A stretch of DNA of 64,000 nucleotides, from positions 66,078,153 through 66,142,152 of the forward strand of contig NC_068988.1 of NCBI RefSeq assembly GCF_001194135.2, read 5' to 3'. The notes beneath the pieces were generated by a model. That model did not search any database. It worked only from the letters and a program-made list of their open reading frames with translations, and was not told where the DNA came from. Each line of letters starts with the position of its first letter. Positions within the stretch are counted from its first letter, which is position 1. This stretch comes from Octopus bimaculoides. Taxonomy: Eukaryota. The position numbers were made by a program, and so were the translations under genes. Positions 1 to 14,658 of this stretch are shown one piece after another.

Positions 1-18
1 GTTATAAAAATAAAACTA

Positions 19-141
<123 letters not shown>

Positions 142-157
142 CGCTACTATTATTATA

Positions 158-349
158 AAGGTGGTGAACTGGCAGAATCGTTAGCACGCCGGACAAAATG
201 CTTAGCGTCATTCATCCGTCATCTCGTTTGGAGTTCGAATTATGCAGAGTCGACGTTGCCTTCGATACTTTCGGGTAATCACTAGGGTTGATGTAATCGA
301 CTTATCCTCCTCCCCTAAATTTCAGGCCTTGTGCCTTGAATAGAAAGGA
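158..349 (+). mobile_element. tRNA-derived SINE, family A (GGCGGCGAGCTGGCAGAATCG head)
   Basis: A-box-like tggcagaatcg, B-box-like gagttcgaatt, central gtcga modules, 3' ccttgtgcc followed by (ATT)n; many homologues in the window. Confidence 0.85.
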
Positions 350-408
350 TTATTATTATTATTATTATTATCATTATTATTGTTGTTGTTGTTGTTGTTG
401 TTGTTATT

Positions 409-618
409 AAGGCGGCGAGGTGGCAGAGTCGATAACACGCCGAGTAAACTGCTCAGTGGCATTTTGTTCTGAGTTCTGAGTTCAAATTCGGCTGATGTCA
501 AATTTGCTATTTATCCCTTTCGGGGTCGATAACATATGTACCAGTAGAACACTGGAGTCGATGTAATCGGCTTCCCTCACCTATAAACTTGCTGGGCTTG
601 TGTCAAAATTTGAAAACA
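409..618 (+). mobile_element. SINE family A, second tandem copy
   Basis: aaggcggcgaggtggcagagtcg, gagttcaaattc, cctttcggggtcgataa, cttgtgtcaaaatttgaaaac followed by attattatt. Confidence 0.85.
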
Positions 619-1609
619 TTATTATTAATTTCGTTTTTTAATTTTATTGTTATTAGAAAGATTAACGCCATATGTCAGATTCATTAAAATGCTTAATAGC
701 AACCACTAATAATTTTTATCATAATATTTCTATATGATATAAAGGTCTACACACACATACAAATTACACAAGCATAAAATATGTGTGTATGTGTTTATGT
801 GTAGCTGTATATATGCACACATTAACGCATACATAAATGCAGAAACGTATACATATATACACATCCAAACACATGCATGTAACATTCATAGCTGGCTATA
901 TACACACATACACCAATACATACATGCATTCAAATTATGAAAAATGCATTAGACATACACATAAATATGCTCACTCACACATACAACCGCTTTAGCGCTC
1001 ATACGTCCGCTCACACATCAAATATTTTATTGGCAATGGTTTATTAGTGTGGAACGTAGCTTTTTTATTCTGTGAAAATCCGTTTCCAAATATCGGAAGC
1101 CTTCAGTTTATAAATCAATTGTCCCTCATATTTCCTCAGAGGAACAATATGACTTCAATATTCCATTTATGATAAATATTCATGAAATAAGAAAGAAATC
1201 AAAAGTAATAACACCACCACCCCACCATCACCTCCACGACCAACACTACCACCAACAGCATTTTACCTTTCTATAAATGTGAGGTTTTGCTTCCCTCTGA
1301 AGACAAGTTTCTTAATGTTCGCTACCGGTAAATAATTGGTGTGCCTTTGTCGTTATTAATAGTGAAGATAATATGGTGTTCTAACCAAACTGCTTCTTTG
1401 AATGATATTTCTTGTTTCATTCTCTTTCTCAGAGAACATACTTATACTCAGCTGATAGATTTCTCGGCATGATAATGCTTATCTAGAAATATGTTTGCTG
1501 AATAATTTCCAGTGTGCCGTATTTTCCCAAAGAATGTTTCTTTTGCTTGATATTGTTTCAATGATGAGTCATAAAAATGATATATGTTGCTGTTTGTTAG
1601 GATTTGTGG

Positions 1610-1680
1610 GTGGGAGGATCTTAAAGAAAATCAAATATTGCACCAGCATGGCCATAGCCTCTGGTTAAAACCGATAATAG
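1610..1680 (+). mobile_element. 3' tail fragment resembling SINE family B
   Basis: tgcaccagcatggccatagcc resembles tgctccagcatggccgcac at about 22785. Confidence 0.45.
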
Positions 1681-2775
1681 AATAATGGAATAATTATGTA
1701 AGTTCTTCCCTCATAATTCAGAGAAGAATACCTTTCTATCTATTGATAAGCGAAGACAAACGGCAAAAAAACACGATGCATATTGTCTGTGCTGTTTCTA
1801 CTACTGTTGTTATTGTTATTTGTAGTCTATACTCATCCCTGATTCACAAAAAATGGCCTCCCGTTGGTAATCATCTGTAACAATTTTTACATATTATGTA
1901 ATAATTCCTTTATTTTCTTTAAGACTGATGGCTATTTGGCTATAATTTTCAGCAATTTAAGAGACGATAGAACCATACCGAAGTACTGTGAACAGTTGCC
2001 TTATACTCGCCTCTATAAGGTATATTGTTCTATTTCGTCATTAAAGTCTTACTATGTTGGAATATGGAATATATTTAAGGACAAAATTTCTGCAAAGCAA
2101 TGATTCTAAAAATCCTTTACAGTCGAGAAAAAATTCTACCAATAACACTAAGAACGATATAATCAATATTATTGATTCCATAGAAAAGACTTCCTGATGT
2201 ATAATATATATTTTGTGCGTTATATTCGTAGCATAAATTTTTAATACACTTATCAGCAAACAGCAAACAGTCTTCATACTACATGTTAAAGTGTGTAATG
2301 TAGGATATAGAGCAAGAAATATTTGTGTACATACGATTTTGATGCTATATGATGATATACGGATATGTTATGTTTCGGATCGGTGACACTTGAAACGTAT
2401 AAAGCTATATATGATAGTGTGTAAATATTGGGTTTAAAGTTTTTCGAGTCGGAAAAAGATATCGAAGGCTGCATGGGATTCAATCCTGATCCCCTGTGAG
2501 CATGGCAGAAGTTATAACCATTGGACAAAAGAAATCCATTGAAGTTCTGTATTCACTTTAGAAACTTTACACTAATCAGAGATAATCGTATGTTCTTGAC
2601 GTCATAAGAATTTTGAATATTTAGAGAGAAATAGAAAATATTCTTTCTTTCCTTTTGTTTTTTTTCTGGAACGGTGTAACCCGAAGAAGATAAAGCTATA
2701 AATTTAGACGCTGTTATTTATAGATTTTTCTGTTTCTTTTGACGCTACACACACACATGCATAAATATATACATA

Positions 2776-2819
<44 letters not shown>

Positions 2820-2836
2820 CAGACACACACACACAG

Positions 2837-2877
<41 letters not shown>

Positions 2878-3648
2878 CATATTATATAGCTGGGTTTCCT
2901 AATTTCTGTCAAAGTTTGTTCACTTGTTTGAGTAACTATTCAACCAGGCAAAGCATCCTACAGTTTGAAACTTCCTTGTAAATCTTAGGTGGGAGCAGCG
3001 TGACATTATGTAATAAGAATGTGCGTTTGAATTACATCTAAAATCCATACATCAGGTGTAAATGGAAACTGCCCATTTCGGTTACAGGATGTCGGTTAAC
3101 CGGAGAAAATAGAAAAGTACACTAGCTTAACATATCAGGTAGTGAAATCAAATTAGTGATGGCATGATTGCGAAGCAATTGTATAAAATTTCCATAGACT
3201 GAAACAAATTTACATGAAGAAACGTTTTAAACTTCTCCTTGACCCGAATACCTGGTGATGTGGGCGTGTTATCGCCAAAGCATTTGAATTAACGTCGTAA
3301 TAAGTGGAACTGCTACGAAATATATAAGTGCATGTACGTAAGCATATCTGTAACTTCATCTATCGATCACTCTCTCAATTGTCTACCTCTGCATGTGTGT
3401 TTATATAAGATTCAGTTGAACTGGGTGAAATTGAGGCACCTTATTAGGTCAGAATAATACACAATCACACACACGCGCGCGCACACACACAAACGCACAC
3501 ACACGCGCTCGCACACCCACAAGCGCACACACTCACACACACAACAATATCATATTTATCTATATATATGTATGTATAAATGTATATGTTTATATGTATA
3601 TTTATTTATATGTGTATTATGTATATATATGCATGTGTGTATATTTTT

Positions 3649-3721
<73 letters not shown>

Positions 3722-4954
3722 CATGCATACATACATACATACATACATACATATGCATACATGCATACATACTTATTACTCACATATGTTTCTTATTGTA
3801 AGCAGTGGATCTCGAAGCGCTGGCATAAAGTTGTAAATAAAGGAATGCAAATATTGCTTTGAAAATCCCTCTTTGATAGTGTATTCGAAGGCTGTTGGTA
3901 TACGAACCAACAGTTCCTGGTCTACGAGCAGGTTTTACAACCAAGTATTTACATACTATTTTGATGTGCTTCGATGTCCTCTGCTTCAAAAACGAATTCT
4001 CTCGTAAGTTTAGGAATTCTTATGACCTTAATACGTGTCTGTGCATCATGTGTATGTAATATTTTAATTTACATTTATGAACGTATACGATTCTCTCTAA
4101 CATGAATGCTAACTCATGCTCACATCGAATCGTTCTATTGCATTGGTTACATGAAAATGTTAGTCATAAAATGTAAAAGTACCCATAAAACATAATCAGT
4201 ATACTGGAATGTGATTTTATAACTGCTGGATGAGCAGACATGCTTACTTACCTACCTACACACACGTACATTGATACAGACACACACACACACTTTATAT
4301 TTATATTGATGCTGTTTAAAGGAATTTCGCGAGAGACATAAAGACATCTCATAGTAAAGGTGAAGAGCGCAACGAAACGTTTTCATTTCAGCAGCTTAGT
4401 TTCCAAGTCACGTAAGAAATATATACATGCAATATCAAAATGTTATATGAATAGCAAGCCCTTCTTATGAGCTATAAGGAGATTTCTGTTTAGGTAATAT
4501 ATGTACATCTTAGGAAAAGCTGAGTGGATCACCACTGGAATCCGTTTCAGAATATGCCTGTTCGACGTGGCTGGCCATGGCTGGACCCGGCTGGACATTA
4601 CACTACATCGAACATCACTGTACAAAATAAGCCGTGGGCTGCTCTTACTTCTCTAAAGAGCCAAGCTGGAACAATATATTACCAATATTTCTGACAAGTT
4701 AAGGCAGGGTGGATATTGATGTTTATTGCATCTGGTTTCAAACCAAGGATGTTCAGGGATGAACAACATTACGCTTGGTATTGTCCAGCAATTCATTATT
4801 TCAGATCCTTAGTTCCTTAACAAAGTCTCCCTCTGTGATACATGAATTCACATATGAAAACCAACCTATTGACTAAAGGGAAATAACTATGAAGATTTAC
4901 GCTTTACTAATTTCGCCATTTCACCGCTGACTATTACATTATAGTACTGTCTGT

Positions 4955-5110
4955 TATGGGGTCAACGCCTAAATTTTCGTCGGAGGGAGCCTAGTCGATT
5001 ACTTTCACCCTTGTGCTCAACTAGTATTTATGAGAAAAGGCAAAGTCTACCTCGGTTGCTTTACAGTGTCTCGTCCGCTCTAATAACAATTCTGCCAACA
5101 GGCCGCCTTC
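4955..5110 (-). mobile_element. SINE family A, degraded, internally deleted
   Basis: Reverse complement begins aaggcggcctgttggcagaattg; later segments match the family A body. Confidence 0.6.
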
Positions 5111-5512
5111 TGACACAGTGTGAATAATTTAGGTTTGTTTTAGCATATTTTATTTAACCTTAAGTCAGCCATGATACAGCTCTCTTTTATCAAACATATT
5201 CAAGCTATATGATCACCACTTACTTTGGTTTCTTTTTCAAGAAAACTGTATTCCTTACTGTATTGTCTAATGTCTTCTTGTGAAGATGGTAGAAACTATT
5301 TTAATGTACATTTGGTTCCTTTGGTTAAATTTCTTTTTTTTTTTTTTGGCCTGTCTATCACCCAAATCACATTATCTGCAAGCCACGTTATTAGGGTAAT
5401 CTGCCAGTAAAACAACATCTAATAAAACATACATTAATAGATTATAGCTAGCTGAAAGGAACTAAAAATAAATGTATACACACACGCACATATATATATA
5501 TACATGTATAAA

Positions 5513-5559
<47 letters not shown>

Positions 5560-6837
5560 CTTCCTTTTAATACAATAGTCTGCTACATTTTGAAATAAAT
5601 CATAACAGGTCTTGGCCACAATTACGAAAATTAAGAGTGACAGCCTTATTTTGCTGGCATATTTTGTCCCTTACATTATATTCACTTTGTAATGTATTTT
5701 AAATTGGTTTCCGTTCGAGTTTTCCTTTAACCACCCTGCCAAAAAGACGTGATGCTACTGTGGAAAACACATAAACTTCCTATACAGACCACAAAGTCAT
5801 TTTTTTCTATTTCATCGATAAGAAATACACTGGGAAATTGTCAGTGAAATGAGAGGAGTTATTACATACAAACAAATACACTCACTTACACATGCATATC
5901 CATTCAATCACAAACATGTATATGTACTTATGTGCATTTTTGTGAGTATGAATAAGGACAATGTTTACCTTCAAAATTATATTTGACATTATTGAAGATA
6001 CGACTTTGTCACTGTTTGAAGTTAACTAATTGCTTCTCACTTCTCCGCTAAATGTTCGCATCTTATGTTCCCGTGATGAAAAAGAGAGAAAATATTTTTG
6101 AATCCTTCCTGAAATTATTAATGCTAGCTTACTCATACCTGCTAGATCGGGGAGCTATTTACGAGCAGAAAATGATTAGGAACAATTTTACATAATAAAA
6201 ATAGGAAAAATTGCGAAACAAAGTAACCCACAATAAATGGGATTAGGGAAATATCTCATGCTAGACAATGGTACCGTTTTCAAATATCTCACATAATGAA
6301 TAACGTACACATACACGACCTTCTGGTTCGAATGATGTCTTCTAGTTGAAGAAACATTATAAAAAGTTATCAGCAATAGTTATCAACTCTCAAAATAAAG
6401 TTAAAAAGAAAAAGAATATTAATTTTCATGTTTAGAGAAATATATGTCCTTTGTCAGAATACAGGACTAATAACAAAAGTGCTACAATGATGTAAACAAT
6501 CTATTTCCTGCTTGAATTAAATATGTTTACATAGTGAATTAAGATCTTGAAATCTTGTATGTCAACTGTCCAGGTTTGGTGAAAACAAAACACCCAAAAG
6601 AATTCTACTCTCAATTAAACAGATTATATCCTCTCTAACAAAATGTATGTCATAATGCAAAAAAAAAAAAAACACAACTATTATTATAATTAATATTTAG
6701 TTTTATTTCTTTCTGTTCCGTGTCCAAGTCCCATCGGCGTAGAATTTGTCATTCCTTCTTGGATTGATAAATTAAAGTTTTTGTCATGTAGCCGAGTCGA
6801 TATGATATTTAAAATTCTCTCTTCTAAATACCGTGCC

Positions 6838-7510
6838 TGTGAATTGGAAGAATCGTTAGAATCGTAGAGCAAATGTTTTGCTTCTTTAAGTTCTGAGTTC
6901 CAATCGCAGCAAAATCAAATTTGCCTTTCATTTTTCCAACTAGATAGACTAAAGTATTGTTCGAATGATGAGGTTCATGATATCGAGTACTTCTATTCCT
7001 ATCAAAATTGCCGGCCTTAGATCTGAATCAGACATCGTTGTTATTATTATCCTTCAAGCCTTGTGCCTATAGTAGAAAGTGTTATTATTATTTTTTGTTT
7101 TTCGAGCCGGACAAACTGCATAGGTGCTAATTCTTCCGATTCTACGTTTTGAGTTCAAAATCCTCCGGAGGTGATTTGGTCTTTTATCCTTTCAGAGTCG
7201 ATAAAATATGTGCTAGTTAAGTATTGAAGTCGATGCAGTCGACTGGTCTCTCCTGCTAAAATTTCATGTCTTTGTACCTTTAGTAGAAATAAATAAATAT
7301 GATTATTAAAATACTTAAGTCGGCAGGCTGGCAGAATCGTTAGCACGTTGGATGATAATACTTAGCGGCATGTTTTCGGACTTTTTACGCCCTTAGTTTA
7401 AATTGCGCAGCAGATGGGTTTCCCTTTCACTCTTTGGTGGCTATGAATTAAGTAGCAGTTGATTGCTGGGATCTATGTAATCGAGTATCGCCCTACCAGT
7501 AGAAAGAATT
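6838..7510 (+). mobile_element. Three degraded tandem copies of SINE family A separated by short (ATT)n
   Basis: agaatcgttag heads at about 6850 and 7335; gagttcaaaat and cctttcagagtcgataaaa at 7150-7205; attattatt linkers. Confidence 0.7.
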
Positions 7511-8387
7511 ATTATTAATATTTTTCTCATTGTTGTTTTCTTCGATATATTAGCTTATTCATTTTCCACAGGATCAAAGTGTCTCTCTTTGGCTAGTAAC
7601 ATTCCCCAAATTTAATCTTCTAACAGGAACTCATTTGCAAAGCTTTTAGATTCTCACAAACTTTACGACACATAAAATATATGTTACGACTTTTATTACG
7701 TAGAAACCAGTCTGCTCGTCAAGCATTTCATATCAGATTCTAATTTGCAAAATGAAAAAGACAGGATAAATACACAGGAAAAATTAATCTAGCAGCTTGA
7801 TTGAAACTGAAATTATTATAGATTGAAATAATTACAAAACCGCAGTGTATGATGGAAATACAGGTTTGGTCATTTCCCGCCATGTATTGATATTGAATAG
7901 AATTTAATAAAAATAAATATATAAATCATATATTAAAAGAGTGGCATAAGTTATTGATAATGTATAATAGGAGAAAATTGCTATTTATATAGGATATTGC
8001 AAAATCTATGGTTCTTTCCCAACCGTCAAGAAGATCAAAGTTGTTTTAGAATGCTACCTTCACAGCATATTGGCTTTCGAAATGATATTGCTTTCATGCG
8101 TGATAAAAATCATTCACGCATGGCAAGAGAGCTATTATACATTCATAGCTATCCATACCCTCTATTTCATACATACATACATACATACATACATACATAC
8201 ATACATACATACATTTATATATATATATATATACATATATATNNNNNNNNNNNNNNNNNNNNNNNNNNNNNNNNNNNNNNNNNNNNNNNNNNNNNNNNNN
8301 NNNNNNNNNNNNNNNNNNNNNNNNNNNNNNNNNNNNNNNNNNNNNNNNNNNNNNNNNNNNNNNNTATATATTGAATGCAGAGGATTG

Positions 8388-8590
8388 TCATGATCGTTAG
8401 AGCGCCGGATGAAATTCTTTGCGGTATTTGTTTTGGTTGTTACAGTCTTAGATCAAATCAGGCTGAGATCAATTTTATTTTTTCCCACTTCCGGGATAGA
8501 TGAAAAACAGAACCAGTGAAGTACTGTAGTAGTTCTAATCTCCTACAACCCTTCCCCTAAATTTCGTAGCTTGTTCCCTAAATTAAAAAC
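8388..8590 (+). mobile_element. SINE family A, degraded
   Basis: atcgttagagcgccggatgaaat, accagtgaagtactg, cccctaaattt. Confidence 0.6.
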
Positions 8591-8686
8591 AATGTTGTGT
8601 GTGTGTGTGTGTGTGTCTGTGTGTACGTGCGTCTGTGTGCGTGTGTGCGTCTGTGTGTGTATGTTTGTGCATTTGTGTGTGCGTGC

Positions 8687-8717
<31 letters not shown>

Positions 8718-9434
8718 CATGTGTGTGTGTGTGCGTGTGCCTGTCTGTGCGTGTCTTCGTGCATGTGTATATGGTTTGGCTGTGAATGTAACTTTCCTGT
8801 TTTGTAAAAGCCGTGAATGGGATATTTTCTGATGCGAAAACATGAAAGAGAATTACACTTTGCACTAAATATTGAGTACGTTCTCTCTTATTTGTTGCTA
8901 TTCGTTGGAAACAATCTGCATATAAATACGTACATGCACAGATAAATACATACATACACGCACACACACACATATGTAGGTATATATGCAGATATGTGTC
9001 TGTATGCGTGTATGTTTGTATATGAATACATATATACATACAAATAAACGCACATATGTATATGTATATGTATATATATATATATACACACAAGCATATA
9101 TTTGCACATGCATATGCATTGCCAGACTGATTCAGCTTGTGTTGAAACTGCTTTTATCACCTGCTATACTTTTCTGATATCAAAGTGATGCATGCCTAGA
9201 GGACGAGTTATAAATTATATGATCTTGAATCGATTACAAGTATCATTATATGGTGTATACGTCACAATAAGACACCACCTACTCTCTGTGAGACATATTA
9301 TTAATGAAGTGTCAATACCTCATCAATAACTTATTAAACTTCTATTTGTTATCGATCACATTTGTAACATTTATCGTCTTATGAAGAACACGTTTATGTT
9401 TAATATTCAATAAATTCAGCGAACTCAATTATAT

Positions 9435-9600
9435 GGGTTCGTAGAGATCGTTAAAGCGTCAGACCAGATGCCTTGTGGCAATATAGCCAGCTGTTTTAGC
9501 TCTGATTCGTTTCAACTCTCACCAAAGTCAACATTGGCTTTCATCCTACGCGGTCGATAAACAAAGTATCAACCAAGTATAGGATCGATTTAATTGTCTA
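9435..9600 (+). mobile_element. SINE family A, degraded
   Basis: atcgttaaagcgtcagac, ggctttcatcctacgcggtcgataaa. Confidence 0.6.
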
Positions 9601-9698
9601 CAATTCTCTTAATTTCTAGCCATTCGTCTATTTTAGTACCAAAAAATACCTACACACACACTTATATGTATATAGAATATGCCAGAATATACCAGCAT

Positions 9699-10013
9699 GA
9701 AGGCATATGGCTCAGTGGTCTGAACGTCGGGATCACAATCATGAGGCAGTGCGTTCGATTCCCGAAACAGGTTGTGTGTTGAATCCTTGAACAAGACACT
9801 TGATTTCACGTTGCTCCAGTTCATTCAGCTGTAGAAATTATTTGCGTCATTGGTGATTTGCGACGATAACATTCGTGGCGTGGAAACAGGAGGCTAGTAT
9901 GCATCAGAAACTGCTGATCATCAATAAACAACCTTGCTCGCGTTTGTGCCACGGAGGGTATCTTTCTACATGCAATATCATGGTCATTTATGACCGAAGG
10001 GAATCCTTTATAC
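9699..10013 (+). mobile_element. tRNA-derived SINE with CORE-like domain (family C)
   Basis: A-box tggctcagtgg and B-box gttcgattccc, then ccttgaacaagacacttgatttcacgttgctccagttcattcagctgtagaaat, which resembles the CORE-SINE core. Confidence 0.75.
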
Positions 10014-10203
10014 AAGTATGGAGTCAGGAAAAAAAAATAGTACATATGTGGGTTTAATACACGTGTTTCGATAGAATGGTTATATGGATACAGGTTTTGT
10101 GTCACACATACATTAGCATACAGGCATACACACACATGCTAACACATATGCACAGAGAATTGAAACGCGAAATTATAAAATTCTTCACTTGGTACTCTAA
10201 TGC

Positions 10204-10237
<34 letters not shown>

Positions 10238-10252
10238 GTCTATCTATCTATA

Positions 10253-10294
<42 letters not shown>

Positions 10295-10447
10295 ACAGTC
10301 TGTCTGTCTGTCTGTCTATCTAGCTTTCTCTCTATATATATGTTACACACACACACACGCACACACATATTAATATGCACAACATGTTCTACCCATATAT
10401 GCACTCACATATATATGCACGAAATTATCATCATCATCATCATCATC

Positions 10448-10479
<32 letters not shown>

Positions 10480-10492
10480 CATTATTATTATT

Positions 10493-10845
10493 AAGGAGCA
10501 AGGCGGTGGGGTGGCAGAACCGTTACCGCACCGGGCAAGATACTTAGCAACATTTCGTCCGTTATTACGTTCTGAGTTCAATTTCTGCCGAACTCGTTTT
10601 TATATTTCATACATTAGGCGTCGATAAAATAAGTACCAGTGCTATACTGAGGTGGATGTATTCGACCTGCCCCTTTCTGAAATTACTGGCCTTGTGACAA
10701 ACTTTGACATTATCATTATTAAGGAGCGCGACGTCAAGCTGGCAGAATCGTTACCACGCCGGGCAAAATGCTTAGCGGCATTTCGTCCGTCTTTACGTTC
10801 TGGGTTCAAATGCCACCGAGTTCAGCTTTGCCTTTCATCCTTTCA
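10493..10845 (+). mobile_element. Two tandem SINE family A copies preceded by (ATC)n(ATT)n
   Basis: Heads at about 10500 (aggcggtggggtggcagaaccg) and 10720-10750 (aagctggcagaatcg); B-boxes gagttcaatt and gggttcaaat. Confidence 0.8.
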
Positions 10846-12309
10846 GTTGCTTTTCGGACACCTCTCTAAATTGTCTAATGTACAAAAATGACGATATTCT
10901 TTTCTTTTGTCATATCATGATATCTGTTGGTAAGGCAAAGAATAACATGAAATTTAGTTAAGTTTGCGTGGCTCGCTCTAAATTCTTCTATTTGAGGAAC
11001 TGCGATTCTTGCACAGAAACAACATTCGTTTGTGATTTTGCATGCTACAGTCAGTGAATGCTACTATTGTATGACATCTGACACGCGATAACTTAATGTT
11101 TTGATAGAAAGGTTTTTGAAACAAACTCCTTACTTAGTAGTAAGGCCTATATAATTGTTGGAACTCCGCAATTAATGTATTGTCTTTTCCTTTGTTCATA
11201 TTCAGTGAGCCATCAAACGATTAAAGGAAACGAGGCATCGACTTGAATGTTCCTTTCTTAAATGTAGGAAATTATTGGGTTCGTTATTAACGAGAAATTA
11301 TTATTTAGCTAATTATCGTAACAAACACATACATCTAAAATGTAATTTGTTCATTTCACAGCCACCAATTCATTGCTAATACATCACACATGTATTTCAG
11401 AATGTATTAATAATTATCTAGAGTATTATATCAGTTGATGTTGTTGTCGATATTCAGTCTCAAACCCTAAGTCAAACTATTTTAAGAGAACCTAAGGTCT
11501 CAGAAACTCTTGACGTGACCATCTCACTCTTTTCTTTAGAAATAGTGTAAGCTGGACAGGGTATTTTAGAGAATATACCATTGTTCTCCAATGCAATAGT
11601 ATGTAGTTTGAGGGTGAGTTCTCTGCTGTTTCAAATTGAGCGAGCAAAGACATGCATAAAACAGGTATGGACACCTCTTTCGAGAAGTGGGCCACATGAG
11701 ACATTGCTTAGTTTTTCTTTAAGCAGGCCATTCATTAGACGCCCGCAGGTTGCCCGTGACTAAGGCTCAGTTCCCCTTGGTTAAAAAGTTCACCTGCAGA
11801 ACTATCAATCTAAAGGAGAAGAAATAAGGTTTCATTATATCCCCAGTACGAGAGGGTAATTGTACAATATAATATGTCTCATTGATTCCACCGGGTCTGA
11901 AATAGGATGACATTTTACCCTTATAACATTTAATCCGGAGTTTAAATATGATCGATATTCTATTGTTTTTCACGTTACTAACGACTATCATATCAGGTCT
12001 CGTTTTGACAGTCACACTTAAAAGCTTCAGTGACGGTATTATTATATCTATGTAAGTGTTTTCTACTACCTTTCAATTCTGATTCAGTGTATTTGATACG
12101 GAAAATATAGATTTTTTAAAAATCAACCATTATTTTCTATCGCTTGGTAAGAAGCCCGCTACAGAATGGATACCAGGTACCCAGACGTAACTGTTTAATG
12201 AAAGAATCTTAACGTGGTTCGTCGAGCTCTTGGATATAGCAGTGTAATGTCCCTCGTATCACACCTACACATCTTAATACGCGCCACCAAAAAAAACAGG
12301 CGTAGCTAT

Positions 12310-12460
12310 GTGATTAAGAATTTTACTTCTCAACGACATTCTTCCCGGTTCAATTCCACTACGTGGTACCTTGGGCAGGTGTTTTCTTCTATAGCCTCTG
12401 GCCGACCATGACCTTTTCATTAGATTTCGTGGACGGAAACTGACAGAAGCACGGCTATAT
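12310..12460 (+). mobile_element. SINE family B, degraded 5' half
   Basis: ggttcaattccactacgtggtaccttgggcaggtg, ggccgacca and gacggaaactgacagaagc match the 22515 copy. Confidence 0.7.
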
Positions 12461-12482
12461 ATATATATATATATATTATGTT

Positions 12483-12525
<43 letters not shown>

Positions 12526-12565
12526 CACATACTCTCACATACATACATACATATATACATACATG

Positions 12566-12695
12566 TGATGTGGTGCTAAAAACTTCCTGGGTTTGCGTAA
12601 AAGAAGAAAATATCGGAGGATCAGTTCCAGTTTTTGTAAGCATTGTAAAAGAATCTCCGAAAGTTGGGTTTCAAACCAAGCCTGTCGCGATACCC
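12566..12695. mobile_element. Probable mariner/Tc1-type MITE remnant
   Basis: gtggtgctaaaaacttcctgggttt resembles mariner-type terminal inverted repeats; the partner TIR was not found. Confidence 0.4.
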
Positions 12696-13232
12696 GAATA
12701 TGCATGGAGTTGTTTCTAAAATGTAAGTATTATTTCAGCAACTATTATTTCCTCGGCAACAAGATAACTCTAAGTAGACTGGCCTAAATAATATATCGAT
12801 TTAAAACTTAAACCTTACAAATCCCTTATCAAATTACACTGTGAAGCTGGCAACACTATCTCAGTTCCAATTAGATTCTTCTTGTTAAGCATTTATCTTA
12901 ATATATTTGGTTTTTAATTTTACCTTATATTAATTTAAATAGAAAGCAGCCATCTTTAAATCATTAAAAGCTTTCTAGAAGACATTTACTTACAGGTGGA
13001 AATTATTGGCAGTTTGTGCAATATAAGAGCATATATTTTACTTCTATGTTTGGAGAGAATAATTCTTGTTAACGATGAAGTCGTAGAATGAATATTTCGT
13101 TGTTTTTCACTCTCATGAATTTCTTTCCTTTCAGCTTTTAAGTTGATTATTTGAAGCATTAGGGAAATCAATTTTTAGAAGCATTAATTTTAATCACGGA
13201 CGATGCCCGAGCGAAATGAACAAATGTAAATA

Positions 13233-13390
<158 letters not shown>

Positions 13391-13561
13391 TTCGTAACAA
13401 TAACAGCAACAATAATATTAAAAATAATAACTTAATAAGATAAAAATTAATTAAAACAGAGACAATACGGAAAAACACGTATCTAACGTATATTCATATA
13501 TATATATGCAAACCGATGTACACTACAGAGTTCTGATGGATTGTTCATTGAATTCCTAATA

Positions 13562-13583
13562 TATAATAATAATAATGATGATG

Positions 13584-13644
<61 letters not shown>

Positions 13645-13676
13645 TAATAATGATAATAATAATAATAATAATAATC

Positions 13677-13735
<59 letters not shown>

Positions 13736-13762
13736 TATTATTATTATTATTATTATTATTAA

Positions 13763-13816
<54 letters not shown>

Positions 13817-13835
13817 CATCATCATTATTATTATT
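13562..13835. repeat. (AAT)n switching to (ATT)n microsatellite (palindromic junction)
   Basis: Axis between 13734 and 13735. Confidence 0.95.
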
Positions 13836-14468
13836 TTGTTAATGTGGCATCTTGTCAATTAGTGAAAATACGTGCGCAGATGATTTAGACATTCTCTTTA
13901 CATGTCAAATATATACTTCATGAGGCATAGCAAACTGACAGTTGTAACATCAATTTGGTGAATTTTAGCACAGAAAAGTAAGTCGACGTAAAGCTATACA
14001 CGAAGCTATAATGTGAAGTATATCTAGGTCAGCAAACAACAACTGACCTTCATTAGCAACTACAATTCGTTGCAATATGACTTACTCTAAATTTTGAATT
14101 GTAAATCAACGTTACTGGTTTTGTTTTTTTCTAATACTTTGTTTCAGTCAAATTATGATAATTTCTTGACCTCCGAGACATTACAGTTGTTCTTCTTCTG
14201 ATATCCCCTACGCCGCCATCTCTATCTACATTTGCAAAGCACATATTCAGACATGCCAACCGTAAATTCATTCACTCATAGAAATTCTATCAAAAAGGTC
14301 GTATATACTAAAATGTATGGCCATCTTTAAATTATATTCAAATATCACATTTATTTTTAAACAATAAATATTACGTCAGATACGTACTCCGTCATGTATC
14401 ACTTAAAATTGGTTTCCAACCTATAACCAGTCCTTGAAATGTATATGAATTCACACACACACACAGAG

Positions 14469-14522
<54 letters not shown>

Positions 14523-14572
14523 ACACACGTACAAGCACACACGTTCATGCATACCCACGTTCATACATACAC

Positions 14573-14658
<86 letters not shown>

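Noticed and set aside
4356-4388. Hammerhead-like gTGAAGAgcgcaacGAAACGTT
   Set aside because: C3 is replaced by G, stem II has only one pair and there is no convincing stem I.
4440-4830. GC-richer stretch tested as an exon or TE ORF
   Set aside because: Stops in the frames examined and no recognisable motif.
10076-10627. 183-aa ORF
   Set aside because: Read-through of (ATCT)n, (CA)n, (ATT)n and a SINE.
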